From the NCBI GenBank assembly GCA_002269645.1, contig NIVC01001329.1, positions 1 to 64,000 on the forward strand: a DNA stretch of 64,000 bases, given 5' to 3'. The translations under genes were made by a program, and so were the position numbers. Below the pieces are notes generated by a model that saw only the letters and a program-made list of their open reading frames with translations, was not told the DNA's origin and ran no database searches. This DNA comes from Macrostomum lignano (lineage: Eukaryota). This document shows positions 11,642 through 24,622 of the stretch, in pieces. Each line of letters opens with the position of its first letter. Position 1 is the first letter of the stretch.

Positions 11642-13128
11642 TCAATTAGCAGGCTCAATAATTCCCTCATCAATGAGCTGCGAATAGTAACTGGGGCTGT
11701 TCTCTGCGATGAATTTCAGCACCTCCGGGTATTTCAGATTGTAGGCAAAGCACAGCCGTTCGCCTGCGGGATCTGGCAGCATAATGCCGTAACTGCTGTT
11801 TTCTCTCCGGGTGTAGTAGTCCCTGATACTCCTGCTCATCTTCTCATAGCTCATGTGAACCCGGCCCTTGTGCCGGCCCCACAGCTTGGCCGCTTCGTTG
11901 TTGTCCAGGAATTTGAAGCTTCCTGGCCGGGACAGTTGATCCCTGACCCATTTGATACAGGAATGCTGCCGCAACAGCAGCTGCAGGGTGAACTGCCACA
12001 ACAGCATGCGGGGCGAACTGTTCGACCGTCGCGAGCTTTTGCAAACTCGACCAGACGTTGCTGCTGGATTCTTCATCTTGATACCGAGATGCATCGGAGT
12101 GGAGCTGCGGTCGCGGACAGTCAAGTCAACTTGTTGGTAGTACGTTGATTCTTGCAATTCATCGGCCTCTTCAAGCCTAGCATGCGGCAGCTGCTGCTGT
12201 TGTTGATGCTTAACAAACGCTGAAAGAAACAGCGTAAGTTTTAAAGTACATGCATGCAGGCATCAATAGGTGAATTGATGAGTTGGTTGGCGAAGTAAAG
12301 GTAGTTGGCGGAGTGAGGTGGTTGGCGGAGTGAGGTGGTTGGCGGAGTGAGGTGGTTGGCGGAGTGAGGTGGTTTGCCGAGTGAGGTGGTTTGCGGAGTG
12401 AGGTGGTTGGCGGAGTGAGGTGGGGGACGGAGTGCTATCAGATGCATATTTCTCCGCTTTGACACTCACCTACTCCCCCGGAAGTATCCGTTAAGTACGC
12501 TCGATTAGGTATTGGGAACATTTCGTTTTCCGGTAAGCTCCCAGTTGAAAATTGGATGGCGGAGCTGTTGGGTCCCCAGGTTTGGTGTTGAATGAGCTCC
12601 TGTGAAGTTGCGGCGCTGCAGATTTTGTGGGCTGAAAGTACATAGAAATAAGTTGCTTGGTTGAAGGATAGATTCCTTGACTACCGATATTTCACGAAGT
12701 TTCAATAAATAGCTAATCCCTCAATCATTGATTCTGGCGCGCTTGACGCTAGCGGCGCCTCGAAAAAAAACGGCCCCCAAAATGGCGCCCAGTCAGATAA
12801 AATGGCGCCCAATCAGATAGAATGGTGCCCAGTCAGATAAAATGGCGCCCAGTCAAATAAAATGGCGCCCAGACAGATAAAATGGCGCCCAGAAAGATAA
12901 AATGGCGCCCAAACAGATAAAACGAGGCCCAGTCAGATAAAATGGCGCCTAGACAGATAAAACGAGGCCCAGACAGATAAAATGGCGCCCAGTCAGATAA
13001 AATGGCGCCCAGTCAGATAAAATGGCAAATCGCTTACAGCTGCGCTCCTCACTGGCGTAAAGGTCGTTCAGAAGCAGTTCGAGAGGATCTTTTTCCTCTT
13101 GGAAGCATTTTTGCCTTAGCTGAGTCAT
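11642..13128 (-). CDS. ETS-domain transcription factor, about 276 aa. Exons 13038-13128, 12470-12631, 11642-12219.
   Basis: ETS signature LWQFTLQLL..IKW..FKFLDNNEAAKLWGRHK..MSYEKMSRSIRDYY. The three exons join in frame through phase-1 GT-AG introns (91+162+578=831 nt); an in-frame TAA lies just upstream of ATG 13128. Confidence 0.9.
12300..12422. repeat. 17-nt repeat (GGTTGGCGGAGTGAGGT) in ETS intron 2
   Basis: Direct inspection. Confidence 0.9.
12775..13026. repeat. 20-nt repeat (AAAATGGCGCCCAGTCAGAT) in ETS intron 1
   Basis: Direct inspection. Confidence 0.93.
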
Positions 13129-13577
13129 GCTATTGCTTTAGAATGGTTGGATTGTGTTAAAAGCAAAGTCACGATCTGCACACAGCCTTATGCAACCGCA
13201 TATATATACACTGGTTAATGGAGCTCAGACATCCTGGAAAAATAAGGCGGATGGATGCCAATGTCTGACAGTTTTAATGCATTTTCTAGCGAATTGTTAC
13301 CGGATTAAAAAAATAGCTGCGGACTCAGGTTGAGTCTCACAATGGCACAATCACAGACAGCTAGCTGGCAAACAGCTGTGTGTAATTATATGTTATTGTA
13401 CGAGCGTACATTGAAATAAGAAAACAATTGAGCTGGCCAAGTCAAGCAAAGTTCACTGTGGGTTGGCTAAAGAGATGGTCATTGTCAATTTGTTTTATTT
13501 TCCTCTGTGTTCGTGCTGTGCCGAAAAAAATTAATGGCTACTCGGCTGCATCCTGCTTGAAATTTTTGCAGGACGTG

Positions 13578-14965
13578 GGGGCGGATCCTGAGGCGGATCC
13601 AGAGGGGGTCAAGACTTAGAGTGAGCGGGGCGGATCCTGAGGGGTCAAGACTTAGAGTGAGCGGGGCGGATCCAGAGGGGTCAAGACTTAGAGTGAGCGG
13701 GGCGGATCCAAAGGGGGTCAAGATCCAGAGTAAGGGGGGCGGATCAGCAGATCCTGAGGGAGGGGGGTCAAGACTCAGAGCGAGGGGGAGGATCCTGAGG
13801 GGGTCAAGACCCAGAGCGAGGGGAGGATCCTGAGGGGGGTCAAGACCCAGAATGAGGGGGCGGATCCTGAGGGGGCTCAAGACCCAGAGTGAGGGGGGCG
13901 GATCCTGAGGGGGCGGACCCAGAGTGAGCGGGGCGGATCCTGAGGGGGGTCAAGATCCAGAGTAAGGGGGGCGGATCCTGAGGGGGCGGACCCAGAGTGA
14001 GCGGGGCGGATCCTGAGGGGGGTCAAGATCCAGAGTAAGGGGGGCGGATCAGCAGATCCTGAGGGAGGGGGGTCAAGACCCAGAGTGATGGGGGCGGATC
14101 CTGAGGGGGGTCAAGACCCAGAGTAAGGGGGCGGATCCTGAGGGGGGTCAAGACCCAGAGTAAGGGGGGCGGATCGGCAGATCCTGAGGGAGGGGGGTCA
14201 AGACTCAGAGTGAGGGGGAGGATCCTGAGGGGGGGGGTCAAGACCCAGAATGATCGCGGGCGGATCCTGAGGGGGGGTCAAGACCAGAGTAGGCGGGGCG
14301 GATCCAGAGGGGGGTCAAGACTCAGAGTGAGGGGGCGGATCCAGAGGGGGGTCAAGACTCAGAGTGAGGGGGCGGATCCAGAGGGGGGTCAAGACCCAGA
14401 CTGAGGGGGCGGATCCAGAGGGGGGTCAAGACCCAGAGTGAGGGGGAGGATCCTGAGGGGGGTCAAGACCCAGAATGAGGGGGCGGACCCAGAGTGAGGG
14501 GGGCGGATCCTGAGGGGGGTCAAGACCCAGAGTGAAGGTGGCGGATGCCGAGGGGTCAAGACCCAGAGTGAGGGGGCGGATCCAGAGGGGGGTCAAGACC
14601 CAGAGTGAGGGGGGCGGATCCAGAGGGGGGTCAAGACCCAGAGTGAGGGGGAGGATCCTGAGGGGGGTCAAGACCCAGAATGAGGGGGCGGACCCAGAGT
14701 GAGGGGGGGGCGGATCCTGAGGGGGTCAAGACCCAGAGTGAATGTGGCGGATGCCGAGGGGTCAAGACCCAGAGTGAGGGGGGCGGATCCAGAGGGGGGT
14801 CAAGACCCAGAGTGAAGGGGGCGGATGCCGAGGGGTCAAGACCCAGAGTGAATGTGGCGGATGCCGAGGGGTCAAGACCCAGAGTGAGGGGGGGCGGATC
14901 CAGAGGGGGGTCAAGACCCAGAGTGAAGGGGGCGGATGCCGAGGGGTCAAGACCCAAGGTGAGGG
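13578..14965. repeat. G-rich 36-38 nt minisatellite (GGGGCGGATCCTGAGGGGGGTCAAGACCCAGAGTGA)
   Basis: Direct inspection. Confidence 0.95.
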
Positions 14966-15483
14966 GGGGGTGGAGGGAGAGGGCCCCGTATTCTGATAAA
15001 AATTCTCTTACAGTCGAACAATTTTTAAGGGTCCCCTTCGAAGGGCCGAGGCGACAGTGAGAGAGTACAATGTCAGAGCTTGGAGACAGTTTTCTTAACC
15101 TCAGCCAGGTCAGTACAGTGGAATTAATTAGGTAACGCAGCTCATTCTTGTGAAATGAAGTAACAAAAGTGAGGGCAGTTGGGTGTGCTTGAAGATTTTT
15201 GCGTGAAGAACTTTGCAATTCAAGGTAAGACACTGCAATTCTGAATACACCTATTTTGTTTGTCGTTGAAAAACTTCTTTTTTCGTTTTTTTTTGTCTTT
15301 CCAACTACATCTTGTAAACCACAGATTATTTATACACCTAGATTAGTCACTTCACAAATTTACTCCTGCACTACTAATAAGTACCGAATGTAAGTAGTAG
15401 TACAAAATTAGCAAAACTATTGAATCGTATTTTTGTTTTGTCAACTGTGTGAAATTTAAATTCCAAGGCCCTAAATTACAGAT

Positions 15484-16870
15484 TTGTGTTTACAGTCTGA
15501 TTACAGTTTACATACTTGTGTTTACAATTTGATTGCAGTATAAACATTTGTGTTTACAGTTTTATTACAGTTTACATACTTGTGTTTACAATTTTATTAC
15601 AGTATAAACATTTGTGTTTACAGTTTTATTACAGTTTAAACACTTGTGTTTACAATTTGATTACAGTATAAACGTTTGTGTTTACAGTTTTATTACAGTT
15701 TAAACACTTGTGTTTACAATTTTATTACAGTATAAACATTTGTGTTTACAGTTTTATTACAGTTTGCATACTTGTGTTTACAATTTTATTACAGTTTAAA
15801 CATTAGTGTTTACAGTTTTATTACAGTTTGCATACTTGTATTTACAGTTTTATTACAGTTTAAACAGTTGTGTTTACAGTTTTATTACAGTTTAAACATT
15901 TGTGTTTACAGTTTTATTACATTTTGCATACTTGTGTTTACAATTTTATTACAGTTTAAACATTTGTGTTTACAGTTTTATTACAGTTTGCATACTTGTA
16001 TTTACAGTTTTGTTACAGTTTAAACATTTGTGTTTACAGTTTTATTACAGTTTAAACATTTGTGTTTACAATTTTATTACAGTATAAACATTTGTGTTTA
16101 CAGTTTTATTACAGTTTGCATACTTGTGTTTACAATTTTATTACAGTTTAAACATTTGTGTTTACAGTTTTATTACAGTTTGCATACTTGTATTTACAGT
16201 TTTGTTACAGTTTAAACATTTGTGTTTACAGTTTTATTACAGTTTGCATACTTGTGTTTACAATTTGATTACAGTATAAACATTTGTGTTTACAGTTTTA
16301 TTACAGTTTGCATACTTGTATTTACAGTTTTATTACAGTTTAAACAGTTGTGTTTACAGTTTTATTACAGTTTAAACATTTGTGTTTACAGTTTTATTAC
16401 ATTTTGCATACTTGTGTTTACAATTTTATTACAGTTTAAACATTTGTGTTTACAGTTTTATTACAGTTTGCATACTTGTATTTACAGTTTTGTTACAGTT
16501 TAAACATTTGTGTTTACAGTTTTATTACAGTTTAAACATTTGTGTTTACAATTTTATTACAGTATAAACATTTGTGTTTACAGTTTTATTACAGTTTGCA
16601 TACTTGTGTTTACAATTTTATTACAGTTTAAACATTTGTGTTTACAGTTTTATTACAGTTTGCATACTTGTATTTACAGTTTTGTTACAGTTTAAACATT
16701 TGTGTTTACAGTTTTATTACAGTTTGCATACTTGTGTTTACAATTTGATTACAGTATAAACATTTGTGTTTACAGTTTTATTACAGTTTGCATACTTGTG
16801 TTTGCAATTTTATTACAGTATAAACATTTGTGTTTACAGTTTTATTACAGTTTATAAATGTGTTTACAGC
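15484..16870. repeat. AT-rich 32-nt minisatellite (TGTGTTTACAGTTTTATTACAGTTTAAACATT)
   Basis: Direct inspection; the duplicated ORF translations indicate a higher-order period of about 480 nt. Confidence 0.97.
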
Positions 16871-17033
16871 CTGATTTAATGTCGCACTTCAAGCGGCATT
16901 GTCACTCAACCGGCGAGAGGCATTACTGCACACAGTCTGAGCACTCCCCTGAGCAGGCACACAAGCGCGCGGATACGTACGCAGTCATACGCACAGGCAC
17001 ACACTCACACAGGAGTGTACAGCGGCCCTGACT

Positions 17034-17208
17034 TTATTTATTGTTAGGCATGTACACTTCACTGTGCCTTGGGGAGTTAGCCCTCAAGGCCGTTAATTGC
17101 ACGAGCAGAGCCAAGCGGAGATTCCAATTTAATCGCAAATTAATGTGACTGCACTTGGAATCGAGCCTGGGCCGCTGGCACATCGCCAGACCACTGGGCT
17201 ACGATCCC
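17034..17208 (-). mobile_element. tRNA-derived SINE
   Basis: 5' GGGATCG then A-box TAGCCCAGTGG at position 8 and B-box-like GGCTCGATTCC, a non-tRNA body, and an AATAAATAAA tail. Confidence 0.65.
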
Positions 17209-17447
17209 GAATGTGACCTTTCCAAACGCGCAACAAGAGAATTTGCTTAACAAAAAAAATGAATATTATTAATTATATTTTTTATATTCTGTGGGTGAAT
17301 CTTCGTAAAAATAGATAAATCGATTGCAAAAAATATTAATCAGAATTTAGAAATAGAATAACAAACAGGTTGTAATTTAAGCTTCAGAAATCCGATTGTA
17401 TTACACAGTAAGTCAAATGTTATTAAATATAGCAGTGTAGTGCTTAT

Positions 17448-18397
17448 TCAGTACATAATTTTGTTTAAATCCTTCTGCCCCTCATCCGGAGAGGACGATC
17501 GGGAGCCATGCCGACCATTCTTGGCCATAGAAGTTGAAGACTGCTGTCTGCTTGGAGACTGGTCAGTTCCTGCATCAAATTAAAGGCGTTTTTTGCGACC
17601 TAATTATTTATGTTTGTGTAGGCGATAGCTACCGATATGTGTCGTAAGTAGAATTTTGAAAGAATTAAAAATATGTTAAGATAAGTTGGCAGAGAATCTT
17701 GGCGCCCCTAAGGAGGGAATCTTGGCGCCACTAAGGAGGGAATATTGGCGCCACTAAGGAGGGAATCTTGGCGCCCACTGAGGAGGGAATATTGGCGCCA
17801 CTAAGGAGGGAATTTTGGTGCCCACTAAGGAGGGAATTTTGGTGCCCACTAAGGAGGGAATCTGGGCGCCACTAAGGAGGGAATCTTGGTGCCACTAAGG
17901 AGGGAATCTGGGCGCCACTAAGGAGGGAATCTTGGTGCCCCTAAGGAGGGAATCTTGGCGCTACTAAGGAGGGAATATTGGCGCCCACTGCGGAGGGAAT
18001 CTTGGTGCCACTAAGGAGGGAATATTGGCGTCCACTGAGGAGGGAATCTTGGCGCCCACTAATGAGGGAATCTTGGCGCCCACTAATGAGGGAATCTTGG
18101 TGTCCCTAAGGAGGGAATCTTGGCGCCCACTGAGGAGGGAATCTTGGCGCCCACTGAGGAGGGAATCTTGGCGCCCACTGAGGAGGGAATCTTGGCGCCC
18201 ACTGAGGAGGGAATCTTGGCGCCCACTGAGGAGGGAATCTTGGCGCCCACTGAGGAGGGAATCTTGGCGCCCACTAATGAGGGAATTTTATTTTGGACAC
18301 CTTGGACGTGAATACTTTTCAGCCCTACCGGAATTTCGTCTGTTGGAGGCGCTTCTCGCTCGAGTTTTCGAAGCTTTGCGTCGCCTTTCGTTTGATG

Positions 18398-18435
<38 letters not shown>

Positions 18436-21400
18436 TCCTCGTTTCGACGGCTGTTTCGCGGCTTCTTTTCGCTGTCAAACTTTTCTTGCCTTTTTCCACT
18501 ACTAACAGTAGCGCTAACCGAGCGGAGTCTGAGAATAAAAAAAGCGAAATTTTAAAAACAAAAAATAAAAACAAAAAATTTATATGTATATGTTATGTTT
18601 TCTATCTGCTACTTACAGTAGAGAGCTGGAAAATTATAGAATATTATTAACACACCTGGATTTTCGCCACACGGACGGGTCGGTCTGGAACAGGCGCTTG
18701 TGGCGGCCGTAGATCCAGTCTGTGTGCTGTTTATGCACCTCGCTGTCGCCTGCAAGTTGCAAAACTAATTAATAACCACATCACATAAACTGTTTATTTG
18801 TCAAATTACGACAAAGGCGCATAATCCGCCCGTCAGGCTGACGTCACCAGTCTGACCCATCCACCTGACCCATCCACCTGACCCATCCACCTGACCCATC
18901 CACCTGACCCATCCACCTGACCCATCAACCTGACCCATCCACCTGACCATATCCACCTGACCCATCAACCTGACCCATCCACCTGACCCATCTACCTGAC
19001 CCATCCACCTGACCCATCCACTTGACCCATCCACCTGACCCATCCACCTGACCCATATCCACCTGACCCATCCACCTGACCCATCCACCTGACCCATCCA
19101 CTTGATTTATCCACTTGACCCATCCGCCAGACCCGTCCACCTAACCCATCTACCTGACCCATCCACCTGACCCATCCACCTGACCCATCTACCTGACCCA
19201 TCCACCTGACCCATCCACTTGACCCATCCACCTGACCCATCTACCTGACCCATCCACCTGACCCATCTACCTGACCCATCCACCTGACCCATCTACCTGA
19301 CCCATCTACCTGACCCATCCACCTGACCCATCTACCTGACCCATCCACCTGACCCATCTACCTGACCCATCCACCTGACCCATCCACCTGACCCATCCAC
19401 CTGACCCAGGCCAGCCCTGGCAACCCACTCTTTCCGAGCTCGTGCTTGAGCAGGTCGCAGTGGCCGTCCCGGAGCGCCCGCCAGGCCCAGTCGACGCTGT
19501 AGATGCTGGCGGTGGCGCGCAGGTACCTGCGCTGGCCGGCGTTGAGGTCCGGGTGGCCGAGGCCCGGCACGGCGGCCAGCAAGTCAGGAGCAGGCCGAGG
19601 AAACTGGGTTCGAATCCGGTGCCTCCGCGGTTGCCGACGGACGCCGCGTGAGGAACCGGCGTCGTCGTCTGTCGAGTCGGCAACAACTGGTCGACGGCCT
19701 TAGGGAGCGAGATGGTTTGATTGGGCGTTGTTATCTGTGTTTGATCCGTAAATTAATAAGTAATAAAGTATTTGTAAAAATAGTATTAATTACCATAAAT
19801 CATATCTTATCAATCGCCATAAATCATATCTTACCTATCAGCATAAATCATACATTATCAATCGCCATTAATCATATCTTGTCAATCGCCATAAATCACA
19901 TCTTATCAATCGCCATTAATCATATCTTGTCAATCGCCATAAATCATATCTTATCAATCGCCATTAATCATATCTTGTCAATCGCCATAAATCACATCTT
20001 ATCTATCGACATGAATCATATCTTATCTATCGCATTATGCCGCTATATATTTACTCGTAATCGCCATAAATATTAAATTCACCACCCTTGGCGCCTTTGG
20101 AATCTTTCACTGGCCGCTTCTCACCTTCCTCTTCGACCTCATCATCGCTCTCAGCATTATCTACGTTCTCTCTTCGACGCTCGCCGTCGCCTTCGCTTCG
20201 TTGCCGTCCAAATTGTCGCGGTCTTTGTCGGCCAAGTCTATCGCTGCCGTCTCCTAGACAGACATACAAAATGGTCCCATAATAACAATATATTATCATT
20301 ATACTAATATTTTATGCTTACCCAAATTAAGTCGATGCTCAAACTTTGCAATCAGTTCTGACATTGTTAGTTGTCGCTTTTTACTATTGGAATTCGGGCT
20401 GGTCATTTTCGTTCTCAAATATTTTTAAGCTTTGTTAGAAGAGACTTGCAAGTAGAGAAAGTAGCGAATAACTCAAGGTTTGCTTGAGAACGGTCTCATT
20501 TGCTGTGCATATTTATATTGCTCAGTAATAAATCTACCTCAATCTGAGCCCCCCACCCCGAACTCGACACACAATTATTTTCTTTGCAAGCAAACAGATG
20601 AAGCCAGCAATTATATGCTGCAATTATAGAACTTTGTCTGCTCTCAAACTGTGAAGCAAATAAAGCTTTCACTTTTCCCTAGCAGAGCAAGGCACTGAGC
20701 CAGCTTATTGCTTGCTTTAACCTCTCCTAGAAGATCATGTTGCAGATATTAATAACACATGGGAACTTCTATTTGGCTCAGGTTTCATTTGCTTTGGATT
20801 GAATCAATTTCTTGGTTAGCGACCTGTGCGGGCACTCATTCTTGAGCTGAGAATTTTGTTATATTACATTGAAATAGCCAAACTTCTAGAAATTGGAAAT
20901 CTGTCACTGAGGGTTTGAGTGGCAGCATGACTGTAATAGAAAAGGGGAGGGGATGAGTGAGAATCGTGATACTCGTATGATGGAGGGAGAGAGGGAGAGG
21001 AGAAAAGGACAGTGGATGGAGAGGCAGAGAGGGAGAGGCAGAGAGGGAGAGGCAGAGAAGGAGAGGCAGAGAGGGAGAGGCAGAGAGGGAGAGGCAGAGA
21101 AGGAGAGGCAGAGAGGGAGAGGCAGAGAGGGAGAGGCAGAGAGGGAGAGGCAGAGAGGGAGAGGCAGAGAGGGAGAGGCAGAGAGGGAGAGGCAGAGAGG
21201 GAGAGGCAGAGAGGGAGAGGCAGAGATGATGAGGCAGAGAGGGAGAGGCAGAGATGATGAGGCAGAGAGGGAGAGGCAGAGAAGGAGAGGCAGAGAGGGA
21301 GAGGCAGAGAGGGAGAGGCAGAGAGGGAGAGGCAGAGAGGGAGAGGCAGAGAGGGAGAGGCAGAGAGGGAGAGGCAGAGAGGGAGAGGCAGAGAGGGAGA

Positions 21401-22625
21401 GGCAGAGAGGGAGAGGCAGAGAAGGAGAGGCAGAGAAGGAGAGGCAGAGAAGGAGAGGCAGAGAAGGAGAGGCAGAGAGGGAGAGGCAGAGAAGGAGAGG
21501 CAGAGAGGGAGAGGGAGAGGCAGAGAGGGAGAGGCAGAGCGGGAGAGGGAGAGGCAGAGAGGGAGAGGCAGAGAGGGAGAGGCAGAGAGGGAGAGGCAGA
21601 GCGGGAGAGGCAGAGAGGGAGAGGGAGAGGCAGAGAGGGAGAGGCAGAGAGGGAGAGGCAGAGAAGGAGAGGCAGAGAAGGAGAGGCAGAGAAGGAGAGG
21701 CAGAGAAGGAGAGGCAGAGAGGGAGAGGCAGAGAAGGAGAGGCAGAGAGGGAGAGGCAGAGAGGGAGAGGCAGAGAAGGAGAGGCAGAGAGGGAGAGGCA
21801 GAGAGGGAGAGGCATAGAGGGAGAGGCAGATGGGGAGAGGCAGAGAGGAAAAGAGGGGTGGGGAAGACTGAGATAGAGAGGAAGACTGAGATGGGGAGAG
21901 GAGAGAGCAGTGAAATCACCGGGACCATGCAAAAATCAGTGGCAAAAAAGTTGCAAAAGCAAACAGAATCAAATTTTACCCTGTCCATCATCGCGACTTC
22001 TCTGCTGCGCTTTTGAGTTCTGCGCGCGTGGCGCCGAGGCCGGCCGCTGCAACAAGTCGATACTGAAAAAACATTGAGCACAATCGGAAATACTTGAATA
22101 AGTTTCAGTATCTTAATACTTCTAGTAGCCATGGCGACTTACTAATCTACAACCTCCTGCTTTTCCGCGTACATCTTCAGTCGAGTTCGGGGCTGGAAAG
22201 GAATTGGCAGTTCAATTTTTTCCAGCATGTGGTTGCTATGAGGCTGGGAGTTAACCTGCGATGGCGTAGTGATGGGTTAGTGATGGATTAGTTATGGGTT
22301 AGTGATGGGGTAGTGATGGATTAGTCATGGGCTAGTGATGGGTTAGTGATGGGTTAGTGATGGGTTAGTGATGGATTAGTTATGGGTTAGTGATGGGGTA
22401 GTGATGGGTTAGTGATGGGGTAGTGATGGATTAGTCATGGGCTAGTGATGGGTTAGTGATGAGGTAATGATGGGATAGTGATGGGTTAGTGGAGGTTGTA
22501 CTGCAAGCTACTGTAGACAGTACATGTAGTCCAGATCAGCTTCAAGTTTTACAAGTTGAAATGTACTTTAACTCAAGTCTAGTTACATTGTCAGACTGTC
22601 TGTTTGTCCATGGTAAAAAGCCCAT
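17448..22625 (-). CDS. FAM216-like protein, about 363 aa. Exons 22587-22625, 22143-22255, 21980-22062, 20083-20253, 19429-19698, 18656-18749, 18329-18528, 17448-17569.
   Basis: Eight exons chain with matching phases and no stops (1092 nt). [38 protein letters not shown] resembles the FAM216A/B core (HPDL..GQ.RY....IY) as I recall it; no search was run. Confidence 0.75.
17697..18288. repeat. 23-24 nt minisatellite (TCTTGGCGCCCACTGAGGAGGGAA) in FAM216-like intron 7
   Basis: Direct inspection. Confidence 0.95.
18853..19408. repeat. 13-nt minisatellite (CTGACCCATCCAC) in FAM216-like intron 5
   Basis: Direct inspection. Confidence 0.96.
19790..20032. repeat. 24-nt repeat (TCAATCGCCATAAATCATATCTTA) in FAM216-like intron 4
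   Basis: Direct inspection. Confidence 0.93.
21010..21850. repeat. Purine-rich 14-nt repeat (GGCAGAGAGGGAGA) in FAM216-like intron 3
   Basis: Direct inspection. Confidence 0.96.
22268..22490. repeat. 11-nt repeat (GTGATGGGTTA) in FAM216-like intron 1
   Basis: Direct inspection. Confidence 0.92.
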
Positions 22626-23010
22626 TTAAAGCAATTGTACGCGCAAAGGTTTGCTTTTTGCATTGGATTAAACGACTTTTCACCATAGACAAAGAAATCC
22701 GTCTGTATAGCTACAGAAGACGCACTGGAGGGCTTCGAAGAGGACTTTAACACGTACAATTTGCAAATAAGTGCAAGCGTCCGTGATGCAAGCATAACCA
22801 TGGATTAACTAATAACTATTAAAGCAATTATTAGCACTCACAGACTTCTTGGCCGAGCGCATTGTGCAGCAAAATGATATCGATCCACACCAGTGATAGA
22901 GGCTCAGAGCTCAGCTCCAGTTTTCTCCTGCCCCCCTAGCGATGAGCCCAACACTGCCCAACTAATTATAAGACAAAACTGCTGCTGGGATGGGATGTGA
23001 TGAGGCCCGC

Positions 23011-23025
23011 GTTGCCACGGGTGAC
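23011..23025. promoter_or_regulatory. X-box-like (RFX) motif upstream of the FAM216-like gene
   Basis: GTTGCC-ACG-GGTGAC matches GTNRCC(N0-3)RGYAAC with one mismatch, about 390 nt upstream of the ATG. Confidence 0.35.
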
Positions 23026-23503
23026 AGTGACAGTAGATAGCGCGGGGTGAGAGAAGGAAAATGGGAGTTTAAGCCTCATTTGACTACAGCAAACTTAAGC
23101 GAGTAAAATGCGTGCCTGTGTACGGGTCTGATTGCTGGAACCTACGCGCTGTCGGGCGGGACGGGATGGGGAAACTGTGTACATACGAAAGAAATGTTGT
23201 TCAGTGAAGAGGTTCTTTCTCTAGAGTCATCTGTGTGTATGTGGATCAGTTGAAGTACACACACATCACAAGTGCTAGGCAGACGCCAGACAAAAGCTAT
23301 ATGTATCTAGCTGCATGTCTTTATAATGCAGAAAAATTCAGGCGCGCCAGATTTGAAGCCCTTTAAAAATTGATTTCCTAACTGCAATGATGGTTATAAA
23401 GTTTGTTCAAATCAACATCAAAGCAACAACTGCATTTCTTTGAAGCGAATGAAGCAGCTCAAAACTACATGTACATAGGCGTACCAATATAGTGATAGAG
23501 TTG

Positions 23504-23969
23504 TGGGGTTGGCTCTGGGAGAGAATGGGGTGGGGTTAGGAGTGGGCATAAAACACACTCACTTAAGACCGTTAGCTATCCAGCGATAAAATGGGGTTGG
23601 CTCTTGGACAGAATGGGGGTGGGGTTAGGAGTGGGCATAAAACACCCTCACTTAAGACCGCTAGCTATCCAGCGATAAAATGGGGTTGGCTCTGGGACAG
23701 AATGGGGGTGGGGTTAGGAGTGGGCATAAAACACACTCACTTAAGACCGTTAGCTATCCAGCGATAAAATGGGGTTGGCTCTGGGACAGAATGGGGGTGG
23801 GGTTAGGAGTGGGCATAAAACACCCTCACTTAAGACCGCTAGCTATCCAGCGATAAAATAGGGTTGGCTCTGGGACAGAATGGGGGTGGGGTTAGGAGTG
23901 GGCATAAAACACCCTCACTTAAGACCGCTAGCTATCCAGCGATAAAATGGGGTTGGCTCTGGGACAGAA
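23504..23969. repeat. About 89-nt tandem repeat, 5 copies plus a partial copy
   Basis: Unit starts at 23504, 23592, 23681, 23770, 23859, 23948. Confidence 0.95.
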
Positions 23970-24622
23970 AAAAAGGGTTGGGATTATAGTCACGTGATAT
24001 TCTTTATGCGGCCTGTGCGTACATCTATCCATTTACATGTACATATTCAAGTATACCCACTGCTAGCTTAATCGATTTCAAATTATTTGCACGAGTACTT
24101 TCGCACTAAATTCTCCGTAGCAGATGTACTTATTGTTCCAGTAAATTTGTAAATACGCTCGTAGATTATTGTAAAACAAGCCACTTATGAGTTAATTTTT
24201 ACAACACAACAAATCTTGACTAGCTAGTTGATTTATTAATTGCGGCGTTAAATATCTATATTTAGTACAATGAATATGCATGCAAAGTGAATTGTTGAAT
24301 GATGAATTAGGCTAGTGCTAATACTATTAGCATATAATTCAGCATTAATACGTTGTATTAAATTACAGTATTAGAATAAGCTAATTAACTTCGATGGCAG
24401 GGAAAATGCAAAACTGACTGCTTATAAAAATGGCAAAACAACACAAAGACAGAGATAATAAGCAGAATTCATAATAGAAATATGAACTAACAGAGAAATA
24501 ATATACATAATACAACACAAAGGCTGAAATAAGGAGTTGCTTACAAATTTAAATAAATTTTTTCTTATGAATGAAAACTAGTCCCTTCAAATCAAGGCTG
24601 CCGCGATATAACTGATTTCTTA

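Noticed and set aside
14975-15233. Unique 85-codon minus-strand ORF segment, with plus-strand acceptor and donor-like sites
   Set aside because: No recognisable domain and no phase-consistent link to neighbouring exons; it may be a UTR or non-coding exon and is left uncalled.
19607-19617. Perfect B-box GGTTCGAATCC suggesting a tRNA
   Set aside because: It lies antisense within a coding exon, with no A-box or cloverleaf around it.
20864-22132. Leu/Ser/Pro and Arg/Glu repeat ORFs on both strands
   Set aside because: They come from the (GGCAGAGAGGGAGA)n intronic repeat.
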